Part shown: one piece after another, positions 17,225 to 26,727 of the stretch | Position numbering within the stretch: the first letter of the stretch is position 1 | Layout of the letters: each line of letters starts with the position of its first letter | NCBI RefSeq assembly: GCF_000023205.1 | Contig: NC_012803.1 | Coordinates: forward strand, 1,530,001 to 1,562,000 | Origin: Micrococcus luteus NCTC 2665 | Lineage (GTDB): Bacteria > Actinomycetota > Actinomycetes > Actinomycetales > Micrococcaceae | Length of the DNA stretch: 32,000 nt | Reading direction: 5' to 3' | Notes under the pieces: generated by a model | Told to the model about the DNA's origin: nothing | What the model saw: only the letters and a program-made list of their open reading frames with translations | The model's database searches: none | Program-made: the position numbers and the translations under genes

Positions 17225-17245
17225 CACTCCCCGAGGAGGGACACC

Positions 17246-18391
17246 ATGACCGAGACCGAGATCAAGAAGGGCCTGGCCGGCGTCGTCGTGGACACCACGG
17301 CGATCTCCAAGGTCAACCCGGAGACGAACTCCCTGCTGTATCGCGGCTATCCCGTGCAGGACCTGGCCGCGCAGCTGCCGTTCGAGGCCGTCGCGCTGCT
17401 GCTCTGGACGGGCGAGCTGCCCACGGACGAGGAGCTGACCGCGTTCGAGCGCTTCGAGCGCACCCACCGTGCCCTCGACCCGAAGGTGAAGCAGGCCATC
17501 GACCTGCTTCCCACCGACTGCCACCCCATGGACGTCGGCCGCACCGCCGTGTCCGTGCTCGGCGCAAACCACCCGAAGGCGGAGGACTCCTCCCCCGAGG
17601 CCGAACTGGAGAAGGCCCAGGCACTGTTCGCGGCGTTCCCAGCCGTCGTCGCCTACGACCAGCGCCGTCGCCGCGGCCAGGAGGTGGTGGAGCCGCGTGA
17701 GGACCTGGACTACTCGCAGAACTTCCTGTGGATGACGTTCGGCGAGGAGGCCGCCCCGGAGGTCGTGGACGCGTTCCGCGTCTCGATGGTGCTGTACGCC
17801 GAGCACTCCTTCAACGCGTCCACCTTCACGGCGCGCGTGGTCACCTCCACGCTCTCCGACCTGCACTCGGCCGTGACCGGCGCCATCGGCGCCCTCAAGG
17901 GCCCGCTGCACGGCGGCGCCAACGAGGCCGTCATGCACACCTTTGACGAGATCGGCATCCGCAAGGAGGAGTCCCGCGAGGACGCCGCCGCCCGTGCGAA
18001 GGCGTGGATGGAGGACGCCCTGGCCCAGAAGAAGAAGGTCATGGGCTTCGGCCACCGCGTGTACAAGAACGGCGACTCCCGCGTGCTCACCATGAAGGCC
18101 GCGCTGGACCGCATGATCGAGCACTACGGCCGCGAGGAGATGCTCGGGCTGTACGACGGCCTGCAGTCCGCGATGGACGAGGCCAAGCAGATCAAGCCGA
18201 ACCTCGACTACCCGGCCGGCCCGACCTACCACCTGATGGGCTTCGACACGGAGATGTTCACCCCGCTGTTCATCGCCTCGCGCATCACGGGCTGGACCGC
18301 CCACATCATGGAGCAGCGCGCCGCGAACGCGCTGATCCGCCCGCTCTCGGCCTACGACGGCCCGGAGCAGCGGGAGCTGCCGCAGCGCTGA
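17246..18391 (+). CDS. prpC: 2-methylcitrate synthase (citrate synthase family)
   Basis: 381 aa from ATG at 17246 with a GAGGAGGG Shine-Dalgarno. It shows citrate synthase signatures: LLYRGYPVQDL, LYAEHSFNASTF, GALKGPLHGGANE, GFGHRVYKNGDSR. Confidence 0.9.
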   Translation: MTETEIKKGLAGVVVDTTAISKVNPETNSLLYRGYPVQDLAAQLPFEAVALLLWTGELPTDEELTAFERFERTHRALDPKVKQAIDLLPTDCHPMDVGRTAVSVLGANHPKAEDSSPEAELEKAQALFAAFPAVVAYDQRRRRGQEVVEPREDLDYSQNFLWMTFGEEAAPEVVDAFRVSMVLYAEHSFNASTFTARVVTSTLSDLHSAVTGAIGALKGPLHGGANEAVMHTFDEIGIRKEESREDAAARAKAWMEDALAQKKKVMGFGHRVYKNGDSRVLTMKAALDRMIEHYGREEMLGLYDGLQSAMDEAKQIKPNLDYPAGPTYHLMGFDTEMFTPLFIASRITGWTAHIMEQRAANALIRPLSAYDGPEQRELPQR

Positions 18392-18410
18392 CGGCGCCGG
18401 CCTCCCGGTG

Positions 18411-18463
18411 CGGGGGCGGTGTCGGGTGGAACGCGATCCTCGCTCCACTCGGCACCGCCCCCG
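18411..18463. terminator. Inverted repeat in the convergent gap between prpC and the xerD remnant
   Basis: CGGGGGCGGTG (18411-18421) pairs with CACCGCCCCCG (18453-18463). The 31-nt intervening segment can partly pair with itself. Confidence 0.4.
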
Positions 18464-18478
18464 TGGCGTCGGGCGGGG

Positions 18479-18691
18479 TCAGCGCGCCCGGGGGTGCGCC
18501 TGCGCATAGACCTCGCGCAGCGACTCCACGGTCACCAGCGTGTAGACCTGCGTGGTGGTGACCGTGGCGTGGCCCAGCAGCTCCTGCACCACACGCACGT
18601 CGGCCCCGCCCTGCAGCAGGTGCGTGGCGAAGCAGTGCCGCAGGGTGTGGGGCGAGACCTCGGCGTCGATCCCCGCCCGCTCGGCCGCCCC
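18479..18691 (-). pseudogene. Orphan 3' remnant of a XerD-type tyrosine recombinase gene (last 70 codons plus stop)
   Basis: My translation is [70 protein letters not shown]. It aligns residue for residue with the C-terminus of the full xerD at 20411..21376. There is no upstream coding sequence because it abuts the pyrG stop codon, in the same frame. Confidence 0.8.
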
Positions 18692-20383
18692 TCAGCGTCG
18701 GGCCGCCGCGTCGGCGCGGCGGGCCAGGCCGGCGGCGACGAGGCCGGCGAACAGCGGGTGCGGGCGGGTCGGCCGGGAGGAGAACTCCGGGTGGGCCTGC
18801 GTGGACACGTAGTACGGGTGCACGTCCCGGGGCAGCTCCACGAACTCCACGAGGGCGCCGTCCGGGGAGGTGCCGCAGATCGCGAGACCGGCCTCCTCGA
18901 GGCGGTCGCGGTAGGCGTTGTTCACCTCGTAGCGGTGGCGGTGGCGCTCGGTCACCTCGGTGGTGCCGTAGGCCTCGGCCACCACGGAGCCCGGGCGCAG
19001 GGTCGCGGGGAAGGCGCCCAGGCGCATGGTGCCGCCGAGGTCCCCCTCGCCGGCCACGATCTGCTCCTGCTCGGCCATGGTGGCGATCACGGGCGAGGCG
19101 GTCTCCGGGTCGAACTCGGCGGAGTCCGCGTCCTCCAGGCCGAGGACGTTGCGGGCGTACTCGATGACCATGGACTGCAGGCCCAGGCACAGACCCAGCG
19201 TCGGGATCCGCTGCTCGCGGGCGTGCCGCAGCGCGCCGAGCTTGCCCTCGAGCCCGCGCACGCCGAAGCCGCCGGGCACACACACGGCGTCGACGTCCGC
19301 GAGCGCCACCGCCGCGCCCTCGGGGGTGGCGCACTCGTCCGCGGCCACCCAGCGGATGCCCACCTTGGCCCGGTGGGCGAAGCCACCGGCGCGCAGCGCC
19401 TCGGTGACGGACAGGTAGGCGTCCGGCAGGTCCACGTACTTGCCCACGAGCGCCACGGTGAGCTCATGCTCCGGGTGGTGCACGGCGTCCATGAGCGCGT
19501 CCCAGGCGGTCCAGTCCACGTCCTTGAACTTCAGGTCCAGGGACTGCACCACGTGGGCGTCGAGGCCCTGGTCGTGGATGACGCGGGGGATGTCGTAGAT
19601 GGAGGGGGCGTCGGCGCAGTTGACGACGGCGTCCTGCGGGACGTCGCACATGCGGGCAATCTTGCCGCGGACGTCGTCGGGGACGGCCCGGTCCGAGCGC
19701 AGCACGATCGCGTCCGGCTGGATGCCGATCGAGCGCAGGGCGGCCACGGAGTGCTGGGTGGGCTTGGTCTTGAGCTCCTGCGAGGGGCCGATGTACGGCA
19801 CGAGGGAGACGTGCAGGAAGAAGACGTCGTCGCGGCCGACGTCCTGGCGGACCTGGCGGGCGGCCTCGAGGAAGGGCTGCGACTCGATGTCGCCGACGGT
19901 GCCGCCGATCTCCGTGATGATCACGTCCGGGGCGGGGCGGTCGCCGCGGGGCTCCGCGGGCAGGCGCATCCGGCGGCAGATCTCGTCGGTGATGTGCGGG
20001 ATGACCTGGACGGTGTCCCCGAGGTACTCGCCGCGGCGCTCGCGGGCGATCACGGTGGAGTACACCTGGCCGGTGGTCACGTTGTCCAGGCCGTCGAGGT
20101 CCTCGTCGAGGAAGCGCTCGTAGTGGCCGATGTCCAGGTCCGTCTCGGCGCCGTCCTCGGTGACGAACACCTCGCCGTGCTGGAACGGGTTCATGGTGCC
20201 CGGGTCCACGTTGAGGTAGGGGTCGAGCTTCTGCATCACCACCCTGAGCCCGCGCGCCTTGAGCAGGTGGCCGAGCGAGGAGGCCGTGAGCCCCTTGCCG
20301 AGGGAGGAGGCGACACCGCCGGTCACGAACACGTGACGGGTGACGCGCGTGGACGTCTGAGTACGAGAAGTTCGTTTCACCAC
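18692..20383 (-). CDS. pyrG: CTP synthase
   Basis: 563 aa. It contains [30 protein letters not shown], the GATase domain motif GLCLGLQ and [15 protein letters not shown]. Confidence 0.95.
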   Translation of the reverse strand: MVKRTSRTQTSTRVTRHVFVTGGVASSLGKGLTASSLGHLLKARGLRVVMQKLDPYLNVDPGTMNPFQHGEVFVTEDGAETDLDIGHYERFLDEDLDGLDNVTTGQVYSTVIARERRGEYLGDTVQVIPHITDEICRRMRLPAEPRGDRPAPDVIITEIGGTVGDIESQPFLEAARQVRQDVGRDDVFFLHVSLVPYIGPSQELKTKPTQHSVAALRSIGIQPDAIVLRSDRAVPDDVRGKIARMCDVPQDAVVNCADAPSIYDIPRVIHDQGLDAHVVQSLDLKFKDVDWTAWDALMDAVHHPEHELTVALVGKYVDLPDAYLSVTEALRAGGFAHRAKVGIRWVAADECATPEGAAVALADVDAVCVPGGFGVRGLEGKLGALRHAREQRIPTLGLCLGLQSMVIEYARNVLGLEDADSAEFDPETASPVIATMAEQEQIVAGEGDLGGTMRLGAFPATLRPGSVVAEAYGTTEVTERHRHRYEVNNAYRDRLEEAGLAICGTSPDGALVEFVELPRDVHPYYVSTQAHPEFSSRPTRPHPLFAGLVAAGLARRADAAARR

Positions 20384-20410
20384 GGATCTTGAGCGTATCA
20401 GGTGCGGGGC

Positions 20411-21376
20411 TCAGCGCGCGCGCGGATGCGCGGCGGAGTAGACCTCGCGCAGGGAGTCCACGGTGACGAGGGTGTACACCTGCGTGGTGGTCACGGACGC
20501 GTGCCCGAGCAGCTCCTGGACCACGCGGACGTCCGCGCCGCCGGCCAGCAGGTGCGTGGCGAAGCAGTGGCGCAGGGTGTGGGGCGAGACGTCCGCCTCG
20601 AGGCCGGCGCGCTCGGCCGCCCGCTTCAGCACGGCCCACGCGGACTGCCGGGAGAGCCGGCCGCCGCAGGCGTTGACGAACAGGGCGGGCGTGGAGCGTG
20701 CGGCTCCCGCCATGATCGTGGGCCGTCCCCGCACCAGCCACGCGTCGAGCGCGGCGGCCGCGTAGGAGCCGATCGGCACCACGCGCTCCTTGGACCCCTT
20801 GCCGAACAGGCGGACCACAGGCTGGCCGCCGTCGTCCCCGGTCTGCGCGAGCCCCACCACGTCGTCGACGTCGAGGCCGACCACCTCGGAGATGCGGGCG
20901 CCGGTGCCGTACAGGAACTCGAGCAGGGCCCGGTCCCGGAGACCGGCCGGCGTGTCCGTGGGCACGGCGTCGAGCAGCGCGGACACCTGCTCCACCGGCA
21001 GCGCTCTGGGCAGGCGCGTACCGGGCTTCGGGGGGTGCACGTCGCGGGCGGGGTCGGTCTCCGCGAGGCCCTCGAGGGCCCAGAACCGGTGCAGCCCGCG
21101 CACCGCGGCGAGCACACGCGCGGCCGAGCGGACGGCGAGCGGGCGGCCGCCGTCGTCGCCCGTGGCGAGGGCCTGCACGAAGCCGGCCACGTGGCCGGGG
21201 TCGACGTCCCCGGGGGCGCGCACCCCGGCCGCCTCGAGCCAGCGACGGTAGCGGGCCAGGTCGCGCCGATAGGCGGCCAGGGTGTTCTCGGCCAGGCCCC
21301 GCTCGACGGCGAGGTGGTCCAGGTGTCGACGGAAGGGTGCCGCGAGCGCCGAGGTCTGCGGCGCGTCCGGGCTCAC
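20411..21376 (-). CDS. xerD: Site-specific tyrosine recombinase XerD
   Basis: 321 aa from GTG at 21376, overlapping the Nudix stop as GTGA. It starts [43 protein letters not shown] and has the catalytic R...HTLRH...LLGH...Y residues. The extra 202 N-terminal codons of track ORF 20411..21982 overlap the Nudix gene and are an artefact. Confidence 0.9.
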   Translation of the reverse strand: MSPDAPQTSALAAPFRRHLDHLAVERGLAENTLAAYRRDLARYRRWLEAAGVRAPGDVDPGHVAGFVQALATGDDGGRPLAVRSAARVLAAVRGLHRFWALEGLAETDPARDVHPPKPGTRLPRALPVEQVSALLDAVPTDTPAGLRDRALLEFLYGTGARISEVVGLDVDDVVGLAQTGDDGGQPVVRLFGKGSKERVVPIGSYAAAALDAWLVRGRPTIMAGAARSTPALFVNACGGRLSRQSAWAVLKRAAERAGLEADVSPHTLRHCFATHLLAGGADVRVVQELLGHASVTTTQVYTLVTVDSLREVYSAAHPRAR

Positions 21377-22080
21377 GCGGGCCAGTCCGCCCCCGGGGCC
21401 TGCCGGTCGGGGACGAACGGCGCGTCCACGGGACGCAGGCGTCGCCAGCCCTGGGCGCGGTGGGCGCCCAGGGCCAGCACGGCGACGACGGTGGACGGGT
21501 TGTGCACCCGGCCGTCCAGGACGGCGTCGGTCACCTCGTCGAGGCCGACCCACACGAGCGGCATGGCGGCCTCCTCGTCCTGCCGGGTGTGCCGCTCGCC
21601 GTCGGGGATCTCTTCGATCTGTCGGGCCAGGAACACGCGGATCGCCTCGCTGGAGCCGCCCGGGGTCGTGTAGTAGTCGACGAGGGTGTGCCACTCGCGG
21701 GCGCACAGGTCGGCCTCCTCGGCCAGCTCGCGGACGGCGACCTGGTGGAGGTCCTCCCCGTCCACGTCCCGCAGGCCCGCCGGGATCTCCCACAGCTCCA
21801 TGCCCACGGGGTGGCGGTACTGGCGGACGAGGGCCACCTGCTCGCGGGGGCCGGTGGTGGTGAGCTTGGTGCGGACCGCGAGGATCGCCACGGCGCCCGG
21901 GTGCACCATCAGCTCCCGGGTCAGCGGTTCCCGGGACTTGTCCGCCGGGTCCAGGCGGAACGACTCCCGGGCGATGTCCCACACTCGGCCCTCGTAGACG
22001 GTCTTCGACTTCTTCACCGGGCGGGGGACGTGCAGGTCGCGCAGGGGCGAGCGTCCCGCGGACGCGGAAATCTCAGGCAT
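21373..22080 (-). CDS. Nudix hydrolase (ADP-ribose pyrophosphatase-like)
   Basis: 235 aa with the Nudix box [24 protein letters not shown]. It keeps the conserved position next to xerD. Confidence 0.85.
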   Translation of the reverse strand: MPEISASAGRSPLRDLHVPRPVKKSKTVYEGRVWDIARESFRLDPADKSREPLTRELMVHPGAVAILAVRTKLTTTGPREQVALVRQYRHPVGMELWEIPAGLRDVDGEDLHQVAVRELAEEADLCAREWHTLVDYYTTPGGSSEAIRVFLARQIEEIPDGERHTRQDEEAAMPLVWVGLDEVTDAVLDGRVHNPSTVVAVLALGAHRAQGWRRLRPVDAPFVPDRQAPGADWPA

Positions 22081-22121
22081 GGGGCGATCCTCTCATGTCG
22101 GGGCGGCGTCCGCGGACCGGG

Positions 22122-23864
22122 TCAGCCGCGTTCGCGGACGGAGGACTCGAGCAGCTCCCGGGCGTGCTCGCGCGCCGCCGCGGAGTCCCCGTGCCCGGCG
22201 AGCATGCGGGCGAGCTCCTCGACCCGCTCGTCGGCCGTCAGCGTCACGACGTCGGAGGTCGTCACACCCGCGGCCGGGTCCGAGTTCTTCTCCACCCGCA
22301 CGTGCCGGTCCGCGTAGGCGGCGACCTGGGGCAGGTGGGTCACGGCGATGACCTGCACGTGGCGGGCGAGCCGGGCCAGGCGGGCCCCGATCCGCACGGC
22401 GGCCTCACCGCCCACGCCGGCGTCGACCTCGTCGAACACGAAGGTGGGCACCGGGTCCGTGGCGGCCAGGACCACCTCGAGGGCGAGCATCACGCGGGAG
22501 AGCTCGCCGCCGGAGGCGCCGCGGCCCAGGGGCCGGGGCTCGACGCCCGCGTGGGGGCGCAGGGCGAGCGTGACGTCCTCAGCGCCGTACGGGCCGAGAC
22601 CGTCCCCGGCGACCGGCGTCAGTCCCACGTGGAACGAGGCGTCCGGCATGAACAGGGCGTGCAGCTCCTCGGTCACCGCGGTCTCGAGGCGCTCGGCGGC
22701 CGCGGTGCGCAGGGCGGTGAGGGTCGCGGCCCGCTCGCGCAGCGCGGCGTCCAGCCGGTCGACCTCCGCCTCGAGCTCCTCGAGGCGGCCGGAGTCGCCC
22801 TGCAGCTCGTCCAGGCGCGGACGCTGGGTCCGGGCCCAGTCGATCACGTCGGCGAGCTCCGGCCCGTAGAGCCGCTGCAGTCGCGTGAGCTCGGCCAGCC
22901 GCGACTGGGCCGCGTCGAGGTCGGAGGCCGCGTCGGCGTCCAGGTCAGCGGTGTAGCGGGCCAGGTCGCCGGCGATGTCCGTGAGCACGACGGCGGCCTC
23001 GGCCAGGCGTGCGGCCGCGGCGGCGAGGTCGGGGTCGTCGCCGGGGGCGGCGAGCACGGCCTGCCGCGCCGCCTCCACGAGGCTGACGGCGCCGGGGGTC
23101 TCGTCCATCGCGTCCACGTCGGGGCCGGCCAGTCGGGCGTGCGCCTCCCCCGAGGCGGCGCGCAGCTCCTCGACGTCCTCGAGCCGACGGATGAGAGCCC
23201 GCAGCTCCTCGTCCTCCCCCTCCTGCGGCTCGGCGAGGTCGATCTCCTCGAGCGAGCGCTGCAGCGCCTCGGCCTCGCGGGCCCGCTCCTGGCGGTGGGC
23301 GGTGAGCTCCTCGCGCTCCCGACGCGCGGCGGTCCAGGCGGCGTGGTCCGCGCGGTAGGCGCGCAGGGCCGCGGCGAGCTCGGCGCCGCCGAACGCATCG
23401 AGGGCGTGCCGCTGGGCGTCGGCGCCCTGGAGGCGGACCTGGTCGTTCTGCCCGTGCACGGCCACGAGCGTGGCCCCGATCTCGGAGAGCAGGCCCACGG
23501 GCACGGAACGGCCGCCGGCCGTGGCACGGGAGCGTGTGCCCTCCCCCGACGCCGTGACGCTGCGGCTGAGGACCAGGTCGTGGGTGCCGTCGTCGCCCTC
23601 GTCCACGACCGCGCCGGCCTCCTGAGCCAGGCGGAGCGCCGCGTGGTCCGCGGCCACGCGCACGCCGGCGTCCACGACGGCTCGGGACGAGCCCCGGCGG
23701 ACCGCGCCCGCGTCGGCGCGAGCACCGAGCAGCAGGCCCAGGGCGGTGACCACCATGGTCTTGCCGGCGCCGGTCTCACCGGTGACGACGGTGAAGCCGG
23801 GGTCCAGGTCCACGGTGGCCTCGCCGATCACGCCGAGCCCCGAGATCCTCAGATGGTCGATCAT
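22122..23864 (-). CDS. recN: DNA repair protein RecN
   Basis: 580 aa. It has the N-terminal Walker A VVTGETGAGKTMVV, a long coiled-coil middle and the C-terminal signature ASGGELSRVMLAL...FDEVDAGVGG. Its start overlaps the nadK stop (ATGA at 23861-23864). Confidence 0.95.
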   Translation of the reverse strand: MIDHLRISGLGVIGEATVDLDPGFTVVTGETGAGKTMVVTALGLLLGARADAGAVRRGSSRAVVDAGVRVAADHAALRLAQEAGAVVDEGDDGTHDLVLSRSVTASGEGTRSRATAGGRSVPVGLLSEIGATLVAVHGQNDQVRLQGADAQRHALDAFGGAELAAALRAYRADHAAWTAARREREELTAHRQERAREAEALQRSLEEIDLAEPQEGEDEELRALIRRLEDVEELRAASGEAHARLAGPDVDAMDETPGAVSLVEAARQAVLAAPGDDPDLAAAAARLAEAAVVLTDIAGDLARYTADLDADAASDLDAAQSRLAELTRLQRLYGPELADVIDWARTQRPRLDELQGDSGRLEELEAEVDRLDAALRERAATLTALRTAAAERLETAVTEELHALFMPDASFHVGLTPVAGDGLGPYGAEDVTLALRPHAGVEPRPLGRGASGGELSRVMLALEVVLAATDPVPTFVFDEVDAGVGGEAAVRIGARLARLARHVQVIAVTHLPQVAAYADRHVRVEKNSDPAAGVTTSDVVTLTADERVEELARMLAGHGDSAAAREHARELLESSVRERG

Positions 23865-24949
23865 GCGTCCTCCCCGGGGTGACGCGCCCCGCGGTCGCGG
23901 TGGCGTTGGATGTCCGCGGGCGAGGGCACCGACAGCGGCATGGTGGCCGGTTCGACGACGTCGGGACGCGGCCCCGCGTGCCGCGGCTCGACGGTCTCCA
24001 CCTCGTGGAGCACGCCCGCCCGCTCCTGGGCGGTGACGGGGCCGCGCCAGCCGTCCGTGGGCAGCCGGAACTTGCGCACCAGCCGTTCCGCGAAGGGAGT
24101 CGGGTTGAGACGGGCCAGGCGCACCGGCTCCGCCGACCGGGACACCTCGACCCGGGCCTGCGGCGGCAGTTCCACGGTGCGCCGGCCGTCACACCACAGC
24201 ACACCGGTCTCGCGGGTGCGGGTGAGCACGTCCACACCGATCGTGGAGCGCGGACCCACCACGAGGGGGCGGGTGAACAGTGCGTGGGCGCTGATGGGCA
24301 CGCACAGCAGGGCCTCCACGGAGGGCCACACCACGGGGCCCCCGGCGGAGAAGGCGTAGGCCGTGGAGCCGGTGGGGGTGGCCAGCACGACGCCGTCGCA
24401 GCCGAAGGTCGTCAGCGGCGAGTTGTCCACGGAGACGACCACCTCGAGCATCCGCTCCCGGTGGGACTTCTCCACGGAGGCCTCGTTGAGGGCCCACGTG
24501 CGGGCCACCTCGCGGCCCTCCACGTGCACGACGACGTCCAGGGCCATGCGCTCGATCACCACGTAGGACTCCGAGGCGATCGCCTGGACGGTGCGGTGCA
24601 GGTCGGTGCGCTCGGACTCGGCGAGGAAGCCGACGTGGCCCAGGTTCACCGCCAGCAGCGGCACGTTGTAGCCGCGGACGAAGTCGGCCGCCCGCAGCAC
24701 CGAGCCGTCGCCGCCGAGGACGAGGCCGAGGGTGATGTCCTCGAGCTCGCAGTCGACCCCGAGGGCCTCCGGCGCGAACTCCGGGGGGTCCCCCGCGGCC
24801 GCGCGGATGGCGGCCACGTCCTGTTCGAGCATGACGGTGACCAGGCCCTCCTCCGCGAACATGCGGGTGGCCTGCAGCGCCGCGCTGATGGCGTCCTCGC
24901 GGCCCGTGTGGGTCAGGACGAGGATGCGACGTCCGGGGGTGTAGGGCAT
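23861..24949 (-). CDS. nadK: NAD kinase, with a ~60-aa C-terminal extension
   Basis: 362 aa with a GGAAGGA Shine-Dalgarno. It contains VLGGDGSVLRAADF, the NLGHVGFLAE motif and ATPTGSTAYAFSAGGP. Confidence 0.9.
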   Translation of the reverse strand: MPYTPGRRILVLTHTGREDAISAALQATRMFAEEGLVTVMLEQDVAAIRAAAGDPPEFAPEALGVDCELEDITLGLVLGGDGSVLRAADFVRGYNVPLLAVNLGHVGFLAESERTDLHRTVQAIASESYVVIERMALDVVVHVEGREVARTWALNEASVEKSHRERMLEVVVSVDNSPLTTFGCDGVVLATPTGSTAYAFSAGGPVVWPSVEALLCVPISAHALFTRPLVVGPRSTIGVDVLTRTRETGVLWCDGRRTVELPPQARVEVSRSAEPVRLARLNPTPFAERLVRKFRLPTDGWRGPVTAQERAGVLHEVETVEPRHAGPRPDVVEPATMPLSVPSPADIQRHRDRGARHPGEDA

Positions 24950-25061
24950 GGTTCCTTCCGCGAGCCGGGGTGCCGGGCACTGCGCTCCAGGATAGCCACG
25001 AGACCGGACACGCGAACCGGTGGCCCCGCGCCCGTGGATGGGCGGTGTCCCCCGGACGGGG

Positions 25062-25904
25062 TCAGGACCAGTCGATGTGGGCGCCCCGGACCCACCCGGC
25101 GGCGCGCTCGCCGGCGGGCGGTGCCGGGCTCGTCCCGCCTGCCGGGTCGTCGGCCGCGGTGGCGTCGGGACGGCGGAGCCGCAGGAAGAACTCGGCGTTC
25201 CCGTCCTGTCCGGCCAGGCCGGATCGGGCGAGGCCGCGCGGTGCGAGGCCGGCGCCCAGTGCGGCCGCGGCCACCCCCACGACGGCGTCGCGGCGGGCGT
25301 CGGGATCGGTCACGACACCGGAGCGCGGCAGGGCGCGCCGCCCGACCTCGAACTGGGGCTTGACCATGAGCAGCAGCTCGGCGCCGGGTCGGCACACGCC
25401 CGCGAGCGGGGCGAGGACGAGGCGCAGCGAGATGAAGGACAGGTCGGAGACCACCAGGTCCACCGGACCGTCGATGTCTTCGGCCGTGAGGTCGCGGACG
25501 TTGAGCCCCTCGCGCACGAGGACGCGGGGGTCGGCCCGGACGGGCGGGGCCAGCTGGTCGTGGCCCACGTCGACGGCGGCGACCCGTTCGGCGCCCCGCT
25601 CGAGGAGGACCTGGGTGAATCCGCCGGTGGAGGCCCCGGCGTCGAGCGCCCGGCGGCCGGCCACGCCCACGTCCGGGAATGCCTCGAGTGCGCTGACGAG
25701 CTTGTGGGCCGCACGGGAGACGTACCGCGGGCCCGGGTCGCGCAGGCGCAGCGTGGCGTCGGCGGCCACGCGGTCGGCGGGCCGGCGCACCGGGCGGCCG
25801 TCGAGGAGCACCTGTCCCGCGCGGATGAGCGCCGCGCCCTCCGTGCGGGAGCGTGCCAGGCCCCGAGCGGCCAGGACGACGTCGGCGCGTGCAGTCTCAG
25901 CCAC
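25062..25904 (-). CDS. tlyA: TlyA-family rRNA 2'-O-ribose cytidine methyltransferase (haemolysin A-like)
   Basis: It has an S4-like N-terminus (RADVVLAARGLARSRTEGAALIRAGQVLLDG), the FtsJ-type SAM motif ALDAGASTGGFTQVLLERGA and ...DLSFISL. GTG at 25904 is preferred over the track ATG at 25961 because it is closer to the HAD gene stop. Confidence 0.85.
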   Translation of the reverse strand: MAETARADVVLAARGLARSRTEGAALIRAGQVLLDGRPVRRPADRVAADATLRLRDPGPRYVSRAAHKLVSALEAFPDVGVAGRRALDAGASTGGFTQVLLERGAERVAAVDVGHDQLAPPVRADPRVLVREGLNVRDLTAEDIDGPVDLVVSDLSFISLRLVLAPLAGVCRPGAELLLMVKPQFEVGRRALPRSGVVTDPDARRDAVVGVAAAALGAGLAPRGLARSGLAGQDGNAEFFLRLRRPDATAADDPAGGTSPAPPAGERAAGWVRGAHIDWS

Positions 25905-26727
25905 GCCGTGGGTCCGCGGAGGCCTCGGCCCCGCCGGCGAGCAGAGCGGGCAGGTGCGCACGGACCCACGTCGGCCGGTCCGGCCCGGGGGCGGCGGCCG
26001 CGGTCTCGCGCGTGTCGATGCCGGTCAGGACGAGCACCGTGTCGAACCCCGCCGCGTTGCCGCCGCGGATGTCCGTGTCCAGGCGGTCGCCGACCACGAG
26101 GGGACGGGCCAGGCCGAGGGCCTCGGCCGCCGTCCGGAACAGTCGTGGCTCGGGCTTGCCCGCCGCGACGGGCGCGGTGCCGGTGGCCCGGCCCACCGCC
26201 TCGACGAGGGCCCCGTTGCCGGGGGCGATCCCCTCCGCCCGCGGGATCGAGGTGTCCAGGTTGGTGGCGACCCAGGTGGCCCCGGCGCGCACGGCGTACG
26301 CGGCCTCCGCCAGATCGGCCCAGCCGAGACCGGGGTCGAAGCCCTGGATCACCGCGTCGGGACACTGCGCCGCGGACGCGACCACCTCGTAGCCCCGCTC
26401 CTCGACCACGGCGCGCAGGTACGCCGAGCCGACCACGAGCACCCGGCCGGTCCGGCGGCCGAGCGTCTCCTCGAGCAGGTCGACGCCCGCCGGTGCGGAG
26501 CCGAAGACCTGCCCCGCCTCCGCGGGCACCCCGAGCGTGCGGAGATGCTCGGCCACGGACTCCGGAGCGCGGGAGGCGTTGTTCGTCACGAACCCGACCG
26601 GCACGCCCTGTTCCTGCAGCGTCGACAGCGTCTCGACCGCCCCGGCGATCGCACCGCCTCCGGCGTACACGACGCCGTCCAGGTCGCAGAGCAGCCCGTC
26701 ATGACCGTCGAAGAACGTGGTGTTCAC
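25897..26727 (-). CDS. HAD-superfamily (subfamily IIA, NagD-like) phosphatase
   Basis: 276 aa. It has HAD motif I (LCDLDGVVY), FVTNNASR, and the C-terminal VGDRLDTDIRGG. Confidence 0.85.
   Translation of the reverse strand: MNTTFFDGHDGLLCDLDGVVYAGGGAIAGAVETLSTLQEQGVPVGFVTNNASRAPESVAEHLRTLGVPAEAGQVFGSAPAGVDLLEETLGRRTGRVLVVGSAYLRAVVEERGYEVVASAAQCPDAVIQGFDPGLGWADLAEAAYAVRAGATWVATNLDTSIPRAEGIAPGNGALVEAVGRATGTAPVAAGKPEPRLFRTAAEALGLARPLVVGDRLDTDIRGGNAAGFDTVLVLTGIDTRETAAAAPGPDRPTWVRAHLPALLAGGAEASADPRRG

Noticed and set aside
18692-18694. Possibility that pyrG reads through its TGA into the in-frame xerD remnant to make a PyrG-recombinase fusion.
   Set aside because: I can identify no recoding signal. 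The PyrG protein is already full length at the TGA. The in-frame arrangement is noted in the findings, but a functional fusion is not supported.
20411-21982. 523-aa version of xerD with a 202-residue N-terminal extension.
   Set aside because: The extension overlaps the Nudix hydrolase gene, which is clearly real and has a Nudix box. XerD homology begins at the GTG at 21376.
23865-24000. Search for a LexA/SOS box (TCGAAC-N4-GTTCGA) upstream of recN.
   Set aside because: Only a single TCGAAC half-site is present on the minus strand (around 23951-23956), with no matching second half. That is not sufficient to call an SOS box.
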